Position numbers and translations under genes: made by a program. From Psammoneis japonica (Eukaryota), in assembly GCA_008632985.1 (NCBI GenBank), contig QPGO01000086.1, forward strand, positions 1 through 64,000: a DNA stretch of 64,000 bases, written 5' to 3'. Positions 12,189 through 25,900 of the stretch are shown here, in pieces. The notes beneath the pieces were generated by a model. The model was not told where the DNA came from and did not search any database. It saw only the letters and a program-made list of their open reading frames with translations. How positions within the stretch are numbered: the stretch's first letter is position 1; each line of letters starts with the position of its first letter.

Positions 12189-14188
12189 ATGACTGACGTC
12201 TGTCTATCAACCCTTGTCAATCGGTTCGAGGTTCGAGCACTCGAGCACATCCTGCCCACAATGGCGGCAATGGCTGAGGATTGCTGCGATTTCCTTGACC
12301 AAGCCGCAAATGATGGCTGTGTTCTCAACAGTGACTTGAGCTCAGAAGCTGTGAACATCAAGCAACCATCACGCAAGGAGAAAAAAGAACGAACCGAGTG
12401 GAGCAACAAATTTCAGGAAATTTTTGGCAACTGCTCGGACCCGAACTTGGCAGCGCCGTCCGTTGACTCGACGAAAGAACTTTTGGAGCAGCATCTGATT
12501 CCCCCTCTTTTGAAAAACTGGTGACATCACCACATGCACCAGGGTCAATGAATCGAGGAGCGGTTGCATTTTAGTTCCTCTCCTCCTCCTCCGTCTCTCA
12601 AGAAATGTCCCTGTGGAAAGGATTCGTCGGGAAGGCTTCCCCAAGCATGAACCGAGTGCACAAGAGAGTTGAAACCAGTTGTGTCCACTGTCTTCTTGGA
12701 CAGTTTGAAATCCGGTGACAGTTCCTGCTGGTCAGAAGCATCAGAGGAAAATCACCTGATGATGGGCCTTCAGTTTCTAAGAAGAGCCCAGCTGCTTCAG
12801 ACGCGTTCCAGCTCTGGGTGGGACCTCGCACTGCTGAACTGTGACATTGACAGTTTTTTGGATCACACCGCATGTCATGCACACATGCATCTACGTGACT
12901 TTGGTGGAATTTTGCATCATTTTGTAGTGCAATTGTTGGGCGATCCATTCATCAACTTTTCATGTTTTTTCTTCTGCGGCATTTGCAAATGTCTTAAGAA
13001 TGGCGCAGGGCAGGCGGATCACCGAAAACTTCGAGTGTGGACAGGCACAAATGTGCTGCAAACTTGGCCGCTTATTTGATGTTGAATGTAAAAACACACA
13101 TTGACCAAACACTCATGATGCAGAGCTCGCACGTAGAATTCTGCGAGCGGAATGTCACAAAACGTCCCACCCAGGACTGGAACCCGTCTTCATTCCATTG
13201 CAAATGAATCATCCCCAGTTGGCAAGCCAGACTTTTGCTTGAAAAATCATGATGGGAAAGTCTCAGCAATTGGGGAAAGCAAGAGCACCCACAACTTGTT
13301 GCTGCCCCATGACACAAGCACTCTGCTGGAAAAATGTGCAGATGCCTGTGATGCGGTCGTGAGAGAAGAGAATTGTTTCCCGTGCAAATGATGAATGGTT
13401 GCATGTCGCTCACCCACTTGGGCAATTGTTGCTGCTGGGATGCATGGTCAACAATGGATGTCATTGCTGTGCTTTGACCAGTGCAACCTGTGCTTGCTTT
13501 GTTTGGATCCCAGGTCAGGAGAACACTGCAAAGGTCAATGTCCCTGAGCCGTGCTTTGTGGGAGAGGCCAACTGCTTTCGTGCATGGGCGCACCTCCACT
13601 CTTTGGGCTGCAGACAGACCAACAAATTAATGCCTCCAATCAGAGCTGCCAAACAGTGGCTGACAACATTGAAAGGCAGCCTGACCCCCCAACCAGAAAA
13701 CACAAGAAAACCTCACACAAAGGCAAGGCGTGAGGGAGGCAATGAAGGTGATGGTGGTCGGTTGACATCAAAACAAAGGAAAAAGTCCACCAGCCTTGAC
13801 CCACCCAAAGCCAACTTTTGTGACCTTGAATTTGGTGACAAACTTGGCAATTCAATGTGGGAAGAGATGGCCCTGGACTTTTTGAGAAAGAAATGTTGGC
13901 CCATGCCACAACTGGGGTCTGCTTGTGCCGGAACCTTTGTTTCTTGCAGAGGCTGCCTCAGGGGGAGTGATGTTTTTGGGGCTGCAGCTTGGCAGGTCAT
14001 CTCTTTGTGACAAAGAAGGTGAAACTGATGACCTGCTGTGCCAACAGCAGCAATCCATTCACAAGACTCTTGAAGACAAGCATGGAATTCGCCACAATGA
14101 TGTGAGAGGCAATGCCACAGTTGTCAAAACCAATGGTGCAGAGAGGCTGGCAACAATTGATTTTGAGGACTGGGAGAATGTGTTGTGA
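12189..14188 (+). pseudogene. Hypermutated gene for a restriction-endonuclease-like plus protein-kinase-like protein, interrupted by a MITE
   Basis: GKPDF...IGESK motif, HPLGQL..GCMVNNG...ALTSAT (Y->C), and C-terminal GIRHNDVR...IDFEDW kinase-like motifs. Contains stops and frameshifts. Confidence 0.55.
12800..13188. mobile_element. ~390-bp MITE, copy 1 (partly TA-mutated)
   Basis: TIRs GACGCGTTCCAGCTCTGGGTGGG and CCCACCCAGGACTGGAACCCGTC. 4-bp TSD TTCA at 12796-12799 and 13189-13192. Homologous to 43368-43763. Confidence 0.85.
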
Positions 14189-16972
14189 GGTTGCTGGCAT
14201 TTGGAAGCAGTTGACATGTGAACCCGAGACAAGCAATGCCAGAAAAAAGCAGACTTTGGACAGTCTGACAGCATCCATTTGAGGCAAAAAGTTGGCCAAT
14301 GCACACGCTAATTCCAGTGCAGAATTTCGAAAAATAATTGCCACAGAAATGACATTTGAAACCAGTTGATGCGCAAGCCCAAGACAGGCCATGCCACCGG
14401 AGAAGAAGACTTTGGACAATGTGACAGCAACTTGTGATGCGTCATTGTGCGTTTTGCTTTTTTTAGTCCATCACAGGCAAAAAGTCGACCAATGCACATG
14501 CCAACTCCAATGCAGAAATTCAAAAACACTTTTGCCACCCCATGGAAATTGGTGCATCAAGACAACTTCTTTGAAGAAGAAACCCAATGCCAAGAGCATC
14601 TCCTGCAACCTCTCCGCTTGACAGCCATGAGGTTTGTCAAATCCCCACCAGATGTGAACAACACCTCAAAACTGTCAAAGAAGACAACAAGAAACAAGCT
14701 CCCATTGAAAAAGGTGTCCGCAGTTTGGAACCTCAGGGCTGAATGAGTTCAAGCATGTGAGAAATGACTTGGCAATGTCAGAAGGCAAGTCTGGCAGAAA
14801 CAATTTTTTGTCCTCCAGCAAAGATCCTGCCAAGTGCACAGATTCACTCATGGGTGAGACATCAAGAAGTCCTTCAAATGCTTCCAGATCCACATCTTGC
14901 AGCAATTCTGTCCATTGGACAAAGTCCTTTGGCAGACCTTGTCTGACATTCAATTTCGGATCATCAGGTTCATCCCAATGAGACCAGAGTCAAGGCCATC
15001 TTGGTCAAAGTCCTGAAATGGTGCCACCAGTGGATGTGGCTCCAGGGCAGATGTGAGCGTTCAGCAACACCAAGATTCCACACTGAGCCCATGCTCTTAA
15101 AAAGGAAGCAATGCAGTCACACAGAATTGCTGGCCAATGCACCCCATCAAAGAAACGCACTCATGACAAAGAAACAACTGGCACAGATGCTGCACTGTGT
15201 CAAAGCTGGCTGCAGTTGTTCTTGTTGTTGTGGTGACCAGTGCAGCATTGAGTGTGAGAGATGCACAAGCCCTGCATCATGCAGTCCTTGCATTTGAAGC
15301 ACAGGCAACCCAGAGCTCAGCAGCCAACACCTTTGAATGCTTGTGATGCCAAAGTGACCAGCTGAAGAGTGGCAAGTTGCTCAGCTTCTTAAGCTCCACC
15401 TTGTTTGTGCAAAGCTGAGCAGAAGTCATCCAAAATGTCCAAAAACCATGGCCCTCATTTTGGCAGACTTGTTCTCATTGAAGTCATCATCAGAGTCAAG
15501 TGCACCGCACCCTTCAACAGAGAAAAAATGGAGAGCAACAGGGCAGGCAGACAAACATGTGGACTGCCAAGCAAAGTGAGCTTTGCACACCGCCTTTTCT
15601 TGTGTGGCAACAGACAGCTCTTCCTCCAAGCACTGATGCTGCAGATGAGGAGGGTGACCCACATGGACACTGGAGCCCATGGCAGGGTTGCCCAGGGGAG
15701 TTTTGCTGGCAAACTTGTGCCAGTTGTGTGCCAAGTTGTCTGCAAGGCAGAAGTCAGCAGCAGAGCAATGCAAAACATGCTCAACATTGGCAGCCTTGTC
15801 AACAACATTCAGGCATGACAAGTGAAGTGACAACTTTGTCAGAGGTGAAGAGTTGGCAACACTTGGGTGGGCCAAAACATCAACATGACATGCCGTCGGG
15901 GTCTTGTTGTGGAATGGAAAATCAAGAGCCCAGCCCTTTGCAGCAATGCAAGGGCCAGAGCTGGCTCCTTTTGAGGAAGAAGAAGTTTCAGCCATCTTGA
16001 TGCTTCCATCTCAGGTGTCTGGCACTGGTCTGCAACAAAGAGGGGGCTTGCAGGCCTGTTCCAGCCCCAGGTGGTGAGAAATCCATCATGCAAGAGGCCA
16101 AGCACTGAGCTCCTTCAAATTGGATCCTTTTGAAAATCAAAGGGTGAGAGCACACAAAAAAAACAAGTTTTGTGTGCACTCACCCTTCGGTTTGGGAAAA
16201 ACCCAATTTTGAAGGAGTTTGTTGCACTGAATGCAAAAACGGGCCAGCGATGGGAGCAAAGCCTGTGCACATTGTCCGGAGCTGAACAGGCAGCCTGCAA
16301 GCCTCTGATGCATGTCAGTGTGTTGCCCTCACAACAGCAATGCCAAACCTCAATGGACTGATGTTGCATCCTTGCCCACCTCTTCTCATGTGAAGAAAAT
16401 GGTTGTTTGCATCAGCAACATGGGCAACAGGGCAGCCCATGCTTTTCTCGTGTTGCTTTCAGCACCCCCGCAGCTCTTGTCCTCACGTGCTTTGTCACAT
16501 CAAAGACAAAGCAGCATGAGCGGGGACAAAAAGCAATTGAAAATGATGTGCCACATGACATCCACAGGGGTGACGATGGACACTTGTGGACACGTCAATT
16601 TTTCAGGGAAAAAAAACAAGTGCACCACGCCAAATGTGCGCAATTGCCAAACAAAGTTGTTCTGGCAACAGGCCAAACTTTGTCCATTCCCAGGATGTCA
16701 CAGAATGCCCAGACAGCAGCTGTGGCCATGCACTGTGTTCAGCTTGTTGGCTGCACACAAGCAAAGCAACTTTGGTGAACACTGGTGGCAATTTCAACAA
16801 CCTGGCAAAATGACAGGAGGGTGGCTGACAAGTGACAAATGTCCAAAGGATGCCCAAGAACAGTGCAGATGTCCTTCTCTCTTTGAGATTGAAAAATGCG
16901 GCAACAATTGTGATGCACAGCCCCGTTCAGGGAAGTGTTCCGTGCTCTCTCTAGAGTGGGGGGAAGAATGTC

Positions 16973-19900
16973 GGCAATTTTTTCATGTTCGTGGCCGGTT
17001 AAAGGAAAAGAGAAAAAAAGAGGGAATCAACCGTTGAACACACACACACAATTGACCATGCAACCATGGCCAGAGTTGCACTGGCTTCTTTTGATCCAGG
17101 GTGGTTGCTGCAGGTGCAAAGAGTGGGGCACATTGCAGTTGCAGGAGGGTGACAATGTGGCACTGAGTGTGTGCCACCAGGCTGAGCAGCCCAGCTTGGG
17201 TGTCAGCCAAGCCCTGCCAGGCCAGCTGCCCTGGCTCCAGCTGCTCTTCCCAGTGTGCGTGAGTTGTTGAAGGAGCACCACATTGACTCAAAGGCTGTGT
17301 TTTAAGTGGGGCAGAGAGAAAAAACTGTTGTCTTGGCTGGTGCTTGCTTCAGACCCTGCATCATGAGCGCAAGCTCCTCTTGAGAAATGAGCGAGAACAG
17401 CCATTTTTGGCGCCTCTCTTTGGTTGCCCACTTGGCATTGCCAACAAATCTTGAACCAAACTTCACTCACAGTTTCTTCACTCTTCAACCACAAAACCAG
17501 GTTCAACTTTTTGTTGGCTTCTTTGTGGCTGGGGTCACTGTTGCAGGCACAAATGGTGGGCACATGCCATGTGGCTGCTTGGCAACAAGAATGTGATGCC
17601 AAGCATGTGCTGCACACCAAGGAGCCAAGCAGCCCAGCCCAGCTTTGAATGGAGCCCCAGGACAGCAGCCAACTCTGGGTGATCTCAGCATGGTGTGCTT
17701 GTTTGGGCTGTGCTGCACTCACCCCACAGTGCTCTGTGTTGTGGTGGCTTGTTGTGCAAGCCGTGTGGCTGAAGAGCCAGCAGCCAGCCAGGGCCCATCT
17801 TGCAAAGGCCACAAATGTTGACCCTGTGCAAAGCTGTGTGAGGGGGCAGGCACAGGGATTTGCAATGATGGCTTCACAGCCATTGGCCCCAAGTTGGCAT
17901 TTGATTGGGAGCCAGTGCTGAGGGGCTGTGAAGTGTGGGGTTGGGAGCCCAGCCAGCTCGCACTCTCTTTGTTGTCACAAAGTGCTGCCACAGCTGTCTT
18001 TGCATTGCAACCAGCCAGGTGCGGTTGACCCCAAGTTGGCACTTGATTTGGAGTGACTGCCAAGGAGCTGTGAAGTGTGGGGTTGGGCAGTCCAGCCAGC
18101 TCACACTCTTTGCTGACAGCAGAAAGCACTGTCGCAGCTGTCCTTGCGCACACATGGCCAGAGCAGCCTTGGCACATCCTGCTGACAAAACTGACAAAGA
18201 CAGCGACTCTTGTGGTTGAGCCACTCAGCACGCAGGAGATCTGGGCACACTCCTGGGAAGTCAAACAGGAAGGAGGGCTGAGCATTGCCGCCAGTGCCAG
18301 GCACAAATGTCAGCTTGTCTTGAGAGAGATTCGAGCCCACACAGCCCCGCGTTGGGCATCTTTGCTGGCAAAATGGAAAGCATTCTTGAGCACATTCTGG
18401 CATGTGGGCAGCACTGTCACCAAGAGGGCTGCTCTGCAGAGGAAGAGGGAAATGGGCAACAACATTTTGCAAGAACTGTTTTGTGTCAATGGTCGGGTGG
18501 GATGTGGCAGCATCATCTGGACTTTGATGGAGCATTTGGCGGACAAAGCTTGAGCACAGAGAGTTGTCCACTCAAGCTCCACAAGTGGCACTTTCCAAAG
18601 GTGACACCACACATGGGCCATGTGTTCATGCATCAACATGCCTCAAGCTGCAAGTCACACAAAAAAACCACCACCAACCTTTCAGCCAACCACCATCATG
18701 GACAGAACAGGTCAAGAGGTTCAAAACAAGAGCGATTCATTGACTCTCTTCTGGTTCCATGCATTCAAGAGCTTCTTGTCCTTCTCAAATGTTTGTTGTG
18801 CATTGTTGTCTCTTTTAATTCAAGTGCAAAGAGGAGTCACTTTTCTTGTTTCCATCTCTTGAGATGTTGTTGGTTGTTGAGTGATGCAACTTTTGTTGTC
18901 ACATTTTTGGAAATGTTGGCAAACCCGATCACTGCTTGATTGTCAACCCATTTGCTGTTTTAAGTCTCCATGGCATGAAATGCCACAATTCCAGAGCCCT
19001 CAATTGTTTCATCAAACGCAGTGCTTTGAAACACGTCCAACATCAACTCGACTCAGTTGAAATCCCAGTTTGTGGGCGATGAAAAATCACGAATGTCAAA
19101 CAAATGGCTGCTTTCGACATCAAGATCCCCGAGTTCAATCCAAATGTGATGGTGCGCCTCACAGCTTGTGGCCATGACACACACAAGCATGCCTCATTGT
19201 CATCGCGTCGAGCACTCGTGTCGAAAATGCCGATAGATCAAAGTTCAGGAAAAGGATGGAATGCAAATTCATTTGTGAATTCATTGGTGGCATTGGCGCA
19301 ATGATGTTTGCGGCAGAAGCAATCTAAAATCCTCATTCATCATTGACATTTCTGTGTTGCTCAGATTTTGAAATCTGACCACTGCCGTCAAGCATTTAGC
19401 TGTCTTTGCATGGAAGTGGAAATGACACTTAACGATTTACACTGACCATTTGGCTTTCTTTGTGTCGAAGTGGAAATGACACTTAACGATTTACACTGAC
19501 CATTTGGCTTACTTTGGCTCGAAGTCAGACAAAGAGATTGGGCCATGGGCTTGTCGTCAACCAGCCACGAGCATGAAATCTTTACCGGAGTCGGCAATTT
19601 TTTCATGTTCGTGGCCGGTTAAAGGAAAAGAGAAAAAAAGAGGGGAATCAACCGTTGAACACACACACACAATTGACCATGCAACCATGGCCAGAGTTGC
19701 ACTGGCTTCTTTTGATCCAGGGTGGTTGCTGCAGGTGCAAAGAGTGGGGCACATTGCAGTTGCAGGAGGGTGACAATGTGGCACTGAGTGTGTGCCACCA
19801 GGCTGAGCAGCCCAGCTTGGGTGTCAGCCAAGCCCTGCCAGGCCAGCTGCCCTGGCTCCAGCTGCTCTTCCCAGTGTGCGTGAGTTGTTGAAGGAGCACC

Positions 19901-22900
19901 ACATTGACTCAAAGGCTGTGTTTTAAGTGGGGCAGAGAGAAAAAACTGTTGTCTTGGCTGGTGCTTGCTTCAGACCCTGCATCATGAGCGCAAGCTCCTC
20001 TTGAGAAATGAGCGAGAATGGCCATTTTTGGCGCCTCTCTTTGGTTGCCCACTTGGCATTGCCAACAAATCTTGAACCAAACTTCACTCACAGTTTCTTC
20101 ACTCTTCAACCACAAAACCAGGTTCAACTTTTTGTTGGCTTCTTTGTGGCTGGGGTCACTGTTGCAGGCACAAATGGTGGGCACATGCCATGTGGCTGCT
20201 TGGCAACAAGAGTGTGATGCCAAGCATGTGCTGCACACCAAGGAGCCAAGCAGCCCAGCCCAGCTTTGAATGGAGCCCCAGGACAGCAGCCAACTCTGGG
20301 TGATCTCAGCATGGTGTGCTTGTTTGGGCTGTGCTGCACTCACCCCACAGTGCTCTGTGTTGTGGTGGCTTGTTGTGCAAGCCGTGTGGCTGAAGAGCCA
20401 GCAGCCAGCCAGGGCCCATCTTGCAAAGGCCACAAATGTTGACCCTGTGCAAAGCTGTGTGAGGGGCAGGCACAGGGATTTGCAATGATGGCTTCACAGC
20501 CATTGGCCCCAAGTTGGCATTTGATTGGGATCCAGTGCTGAGGGGCTGTGAAGTGTGGGGTTGGGAGCCCAGCCAGCTCGCACTCTCTTTGTTGTCACAA
20601 AGTGCTGCCACAGCTGTCTTTGCATTGCAGCCAGCCAGGTGCGGTTGACCCCAAGTTGGCACTTGATTTGGAGTGACTGCCAAGGAGCTGTGAAGTGTGG
20701 GGTTGGGCAGTCCAGCCAGCTCACACTCTTTGCTGACAGCAGAAAGCACTGTCGCAGCTGTCCTTGCGCACACATGGCCAGAGCAGCCTTGGCACATCCT
20801 GCTGACAAAACTGACAAAGACAGCGACTCTTGTGGTTGAGCCACTCAGCACGCAGGAGATCTGGGCACACTCCTGGGAAGTCAAACAGGAAGGAGGGCTG
20901 AGCATTGCCGCCAGTGCCAGGCACAAATGTCAGCTTGTCTTGAGAGAGATTCGAGCCCACACAGCCCCGCGTTGGGCATCTTTGCTGGCAAAATGGAAAG
21001 CATTCTTGAGCACATTCTGGCATGTGGGCAGCACTGTCACCAAGAGGGCTGCTCTGCAGAGGAAGAGGGAAATGGGCAACAACATTTTGCAAGAACTGTT
21101 TTGTGTCAATGGTCGGGTGGGATGTGGCAGCATCATCTGGACTTTGATGGAGCATTTGGCGGACAAAGCTTGAGCACAGAGAGTTGTCCACTCAAGCTCC
21201 ACAAGTGGCACTTTCCAAAGGTGACACCACACATGGGCCATGTGTTCATGCATCAACATGCCTCAAGCTGCAAGTCACACAAAAAAACCACCACCAACCT
21301 TTCAGCCAACCACCATCATGGACAGAACAGGTCAAGAGGTTCAAAACAAGAGCGATTCATTGACTCTCTTCTGGTTCCATGCATTCAAGAGCTTCTTGTC
21401 CTTCTCAAATGTTTGTTGTGCATTGTTGTCTCTTTTAATTCAAGTGCAAAGAGGAGTCACTTTTCTTGTTTCCATCTCTTGAGATGTTGTTGGTTGTTGA
21501 GTGATGCAACTTTTGTTGTCACATTTTTGGAAATGTTGGCAAACCCGATCACTGCTTGATTGTCAACCCATTTGCTGTTTTAAGTCTCCATGGCATAAAA
21601 TGCCATAATTCCAGAGCCCTCAATTGTTTCATCAAACGCAGTGCTTTGAAACACGTCCAACATCAACTCGACTCAGTTGAAATCCCAGTTTGTGGGCGAT
21701 GAAAAATCACGAATGTCAAACAAATGGCTACTTTCGACATCAAGATCCCCGAGTTCAATCCAAATGTGACGGTACGCCTCACAGCTTATGGCCATGACAC
21801 ATACAAGCATGCCTCATTGTCATCGCGTCGAGCACTCGTATCGAAAATGCCGATAGATCAAAGTTCAGGAAAAGGATGGAATACAAATTCATTTGTGAAT
21901 TCATTAGTGGCATTGGCGTAATGATATTTACGGCAGAAGCAATCTAAAATCCTTATTCATCATTGACATTTCTGTATTGCTCAGATTTTGAAATCTGACC
22001 ACTACCGTTAAGCATTTAGCTGTCTTTGTATGGAAGTGGAAATGACACTTAACGATTTACACTAACCATTTAGCTTTCTTTGTGTCGAAGTGGAAATGAC
22101 ACTTAACGATTTACACTAACCATTTAGCTTACTTTGGCTCGAAGTCAGACAAAGAGATTGGGCTATGGGCTTGTCGTTAACCAGCCACGAGCATGAAATC
22201 TTTACCATTTCGGCAATTTTTTCATGTTCGTGGCCGGTTAAAGGAAAAGAGAAAAAAAGAGGGGAATCAACCGTTGAACACACACACACAATTGACCATG
22301 CAACCATGGCCAGAGTTGCACTGGCTTCTTTTGATCCAGGGTGGTTGCTGCAGGTGCAAAGAGTGGGGCACATTGCAGTTGCAGGAGGGTGACAATGTGG
22401 CACTGAGTGTGTGCCACCAGGCTGAGCAGCCCAGCTTGGGTGTCAGCCAAGCCCTGCCAGGCCAGCTGCCCTGGCTCCAGCTGCTCTTCCCAGTGTGCGT
22501 GAGTTGTTGAAGGAGCACCACATTGACTCAAAGGCTGTGTTTTAAGTGGGGCAGAGAGAAAAAACTGTTGTCTTGGCTGGTGCTTGCTTCAGACCCTGCA
22601 TCATGAGCGCAAGCTCCTCTTGAGAAATGAGCGAGAATGGCCATTTTTGGCGCCTCTCTTTGGTTGCCCACTTGGCATTGCCAACAAATCTTGAACCAAA
22701 CTTCACTCACAGTTTCTTCACTCTTCAACCACAAAACCAGGTTCAACTTTTTGTTGGCTTCTTTGTGGCTGGGGTCACTGTTGCAGGCACAAATGGTGGG
22801 CACATGCCATGTGGCTGCTTGGCAACAAGAATGTGATGCCAAGCATGTGCTGCACACCAAGGAGCCAAGCAGCCCAGCCCAGCTTTGAATGGAGCCCCAG

Positions 22901-25900
22901 GACAGCAGCCAACTCTGGGTGATCTCAGCATGGTGTGCTTGTTTGGGCTGTGCTGCACTCACCCCACAGTGCTCTGTGTTGTGGTGGCTTGTTGTGCAAG
23001 CCGTGTGGCTGAAGAGCCAGCAGCCAGCCAGGGCCCATCTTGCAAAGGCCACAAATGTTGACCCTGTGCAAAGCTGTGTGAGGGGCAGGCACAGGGATTT
23101 GCAATGATGGCTTCACAGCCATTGGCCCCAAGTTGGCATTTGATTGGGATCCAGTGCTGAGGGGCTGTGAAGTGTGGGGTTGGGAGCCCAGCCAGCTCGC
23201 ACTCTCTTTGTTGTCACAAAGTGCTGCCACAGCTGTCTTTGCATTGCAACCAGCCAGGTGCGGTTGACCCCAAGTTGGCACTTGATTTGGAGTGACTGCC
23301 AAGGAGCTGTGAAGTGTGGGGTTGGGCAGTCCAGCCAGCTCACACTCTTTGCTGACAGCAGAAAGCACTGTCGCAGCTGTCCTTGCGCACACATGGCCAG
23401 AGCAGCCTTGGCACATCCTGCTGACAAAACTGACAAAGACAGCGACTCTTGTGGTTGAGCCACTCAGCACGCAGGAGATCTGGGCACACTCCTGGGAAGT
23501 CAAACAGGAAGGAGGGCTGAGCATTGCCGCCAGTGCCAGGCACAAATGTCAGCTTGTCTTGAGAGAGATTCGAGCCCACACAGCCCCGCGTTGGGCATCT
23601 TTGCTGGCAAAATGGAAAGCATTCTTGAGCACATTCTGGCATGTGGGCAGCACTGTCACCAAGAGGGCTGCTCTGCAGAGGAAGAGGGAAATGGGCAACA
23701 ACATTTTGCAAGAACTGTTTTGTGTCAATGGTCGGGTGGGATGTGGCAGCATTGTCTGGACTTTGATGGAGCATTTGGCGGACAAAGCTTGAGCACAGAG
23801 AGTTGTCCACTCAAGCTCCACAAGTGGCACTTTCCAAAGGTGACACCACACATGGGCCATGTGTTCATGCATCAACATGCCTCAAGCTGCAAGTCACACA
23901 AAAAAACCACCACCAACCTTTCAGCCAACCACCATCATGGACAGAACAGGTCAAGAGGTTCAAAACAAGAGCGATTCATTGACTCTCTTCTGGTTCCATG
24001 CATTCAAGAGCTTCTTGTCCTTCTCAAATGTTTGTTGTGCATTGTTGTCTCTTTTAATTCAAGTGCAAAGAGGAGTCACTTTTCTTGTTTCCATCTCTTG
24101 AGATGTTGTTGGTTGTTGAGTGATGCAACTTTTGTTGTCACATTTTTGGAAATGTTGGCAAACCCGATCACTGCTTGATTGTCAACCCATTTGCTGTTTT
24201 AAGTCTCCATGGCATAAAATGCCATAATTCCAGAGCCCTCAATTGTTTCATCAAACGCAGTGCTTTGAAACACGTCCAACATCAACTCGACTCAGTTGAA
24301 ATCCCAGTTTGTGGGCGATGAAAAATCACGAATGTCAAACAAATGGCTACTTTCGACATCAAGATCCCCGAGTTCAATCCAAATGTGACGGTACGCCTCA
24401 CAGCTTATGGCCATGACACATACAAGCATGCCTCATTGTCATCGCGTCGAGCACTCGTATCGAAAATGCCGATAGATCAAAGTTCAGGAAAAGGATGGAA
24501 TACAAATTCATTTGTGAATTCATTAGTGGCATTGGCGTAATGATATTTACGGCAGAAGCAATCTAAAATCCTTATTCATCATTGACATTTCTGTATTGCT
24601 CAGATTTTGAAATCTGACCACTACCGTTAAGCATTTAGCTGTCTTTGTATGGAAGTGGAAATGACACTTAACGATTTACACTAACCATTTAGCTTTCTTT
24701 GTGTCGAAGTGGAAATGACACTTAACGATTTACACTAACCATTTAGCTTACTTTGGCTCGAAGTCAGACAAAGAGATTGGGCTATGGGCTTGTCGTTAAC
24801 CAGCCACGAGCATGAAATCTTTACCATTTTCGGCAATTTTTTCATGTTCGTGGCCGGTTAAAGGAAAAGAGAAAAAAAGAGGGGAATCAACCGTTGAACA
24901 CACACACACAATTGACCATGCAACCATGGCCAGAGTTGCACTGGCTTCTTTTGATCCAGGGTGGTTGCTGCAGGTGCAAAGAGTGGGGCACATTGCAGTT
25001 GCAGGAGGGTGACAATGTGGCACTGAGTGTGTGCCACCAGGCTGAGCAGCCCAGCTTGGGTGTCAGCCAAGCCCTGCCAGGCCAGCTGCCCTGGCTCCAG
25101 CTGCTCTTCCCAGTGTGCGTGAGTTGTTGAAGGAGCACCACATTGACTCAAAGGCTGTGTTTTAAGTGGGGCAGAGAGAAAAAACTGTTGTCTTGGCTGG
25201 TGCTTGCTTCAGACCCTGCATCATGAGCGCAAGCTCCTCTTGAGAAATGAGCGAGAATGGCCATTTTTGGCGCCTCTCTTTGGTTGCCCACTTGGCATTG
25301 CCAACAAATCTTGAACCAAACTTCACTCACAGTTTCTTCACTCTTCAACCACAAAACCAGGTTCAACTTTTTGTTGGCTTCTTTGTGGCTGGGGTCACTG
25401 TTGCAGGCACAAATGGTGGGCACATGCCATGTGGCTGCTTGGCAACAAGAATGTGATGCCAAGCATGTGCTGCACACCAAGGAGCCAAGCAGCCCAGCCC
25501 AGCTTTGAATGGAGCCCCAGGACAGCAGCCAACTCTGGGTGATCTCAGCATGGTGTGCTTGTTTGGGCTGTGCTGCACTCACCCCACAGTGCTCTGTGTT
25601 GTGGTGGCTTGTTGTGCAAGCCGTGTGGCTGAAGAGCCAGCAGCCAGCCAGGGCCCATCTTGCAAAGGCCACAAATGTTGACCCTGTGCAAAGCTGTGTG
25701 AGGGGGCAGGCACAGGGATTTGCAATGATGGCTTCACAGCCATTGGCCCCAAGTTGGCATTTGATTGGGATCCAGTGCTGAGGGGCTGTGAAGTGTGGGG
25801 TTGGGAGCCCAGCCAGCTCGCACTCTCTTTGTTGTCACAAAGTGCTGCCACAGCTGTCTTTGCATTGCAACCAGCCAGGTGCGGTTGACCCCAAGTTGGC

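Noticed and set aside
14200..16960. Degenerate coding-like sequence between the kinase pseudogene and the array
   Set aside because: No family motif could be recognised even allowing for Y->C/H, so it is left unannotated.
19557..19622. Array junction read as a tiny TTAA-flanked piggyBac MITE
   Set aside because: The array ends each carry only one half of the palindrome, which fits TIRs of the 2.62-kb unit better. Not fully excluded.
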